Shown: one piece after another, positions 63,075 to 64,000 of the stretch
Position numbering within the stretch: position 1 is the stretch's first letter
Layout: each line of letters starts with the position of its first letter
Assembly (NCBI RefSeq): GCF_006345805.1
Contig: NC_042998.1
Location: forward strand, 183,272,001-183,336,000
Length of the DNA stretch: 64,000 nucleotides
Direction of reading: 5' to 3'
Origin: Octopus sinensis
Lineage: Eukaryota
The notes under the pieces: generated by a model
Database searches by the model: none
Seen by the model: the letters and a program-made list of their open reading frames with translations, nothing else
Told to the model about the DNA's origin: nothing
Position numbers and translations under genes: made by a program

Positions 63075-64000
63075 CATACACGTGTCTATGTGTAGACGGA
63101 AATAGAGTCACAGAAGTCATAATTTTGGAAAACGTGTCATATTTCATTTAAACACTAGAAATAATAGTTACAGTAAGTAAATATCTGAGATAGCTTATCA
63201 ACGGACACTATATGATTTGTACTCATTGAAAACATTACATCGTTGCAGGGAAAAATAATTACGTTTTCTTTAGTTTCTGGCATAAAACAAGGTTATAAAA
63301 TAATTAAATCAATACATTGAGATTCTCCAGTGACTTTTCCTTGACTTTATTATTTATCCCCGAAAACCACGAACTTCTCTGAATTTCTGAAAATTACATT
63401 GAATACAATCTTTCTTTAAGTCCCTAAAAGACTTTTCCCCTTTTCCATCTCCGTAGATATTCGGTGACGAAATAGTTGCATGGTGAACGAAAATAGCTGC
63501 GTATGGTGAGGTGGTGAAGGATAGAAGATAACCAAGAGTTTCTATGTGACACCTGATGCAAACCATAAACAAAATCAGTGGATGGGAACACTGCTCCAAC
63601 CAGGCAGAAAATGACATATCGCTGGTACACTAGATAGAACCATAAAAGCTAAATGGTAGGCTTGGGAAGATCGATAGGCAATGAGAAGCAAGGTACGATA
63701 TCAGGTAGAAGGTTTAGAAGCAACATGGGATCTTTTCGGTTTCACCGGCAATTTTTTAAAATAATTTCTAGGTAACTAAACACTTTTAAACTTCGTATAC
63801 TGGTAGAATGTGTTTATAAAATATCTTTTTCTCTTGGCTTTATTGAGAAAATTCTATAGTTTGTAAGATATTTGTTGTTTTTTTCTGCAATTCCAACCAA
63901 TCAATGACGTCTATTGAGGTGAAAACATCCTGTGCCGTATGAATATGTCCCTCGTTTAAGAAACAGGTTGGGTTTATTTACATTTGTGAAGAAAAAAAGA

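Noticed and set aside
63354-63630. Two overlapping minus-strand ORFs (87 and 68 aa)
   Set aside because: No recognisable domain or convincing splice sites; the + strand acceptor at 63456 has stops in all frames.

Overview
AT-rich, intron-rich eukaryotic DNA, about half repeat-derived. The repeat content suggests a coleoid cephalopod (Octopus-like); this is an inference. Two genes can be assembled exon by exon with consistent splice phases. (1) A + strand RAP80/UIMC1-like gene: 4 coding exons, 15556-23789, 666 aa, with an Abraxas-interacting-like region and two C2HC/UBZ-type zinc fingers. (2) A - strand EXOSC1/CSL4 gene: 8 coding exons, 35021-24277, 195 aa, tail-to-tail with gene 1. Its intron 6 is a minor-spliceosome (U12) intron with apparent non-canonical GT-AT ends. 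Two exons of an unidentified + strand gene lie at 9258-9485, and low-confidence candidate exons lie at 37.6-58.9 kb. The rest is at least four SINE families, CR1/L2/RTE/RLE-type LINE remnants, three non-autonomous Helitrons, piggyBac-, mariner-, hAT- and TTAGGG-containing MITEs, fold-back hairpins, microsatellites and local templated insertions. No rRNA, true tRNA gene or CRISPR array was found. Homology statements rest on motifs recalled from memory, not on database searches. Repeat boundaries are approximate unless a TSD or TIR is quoted.
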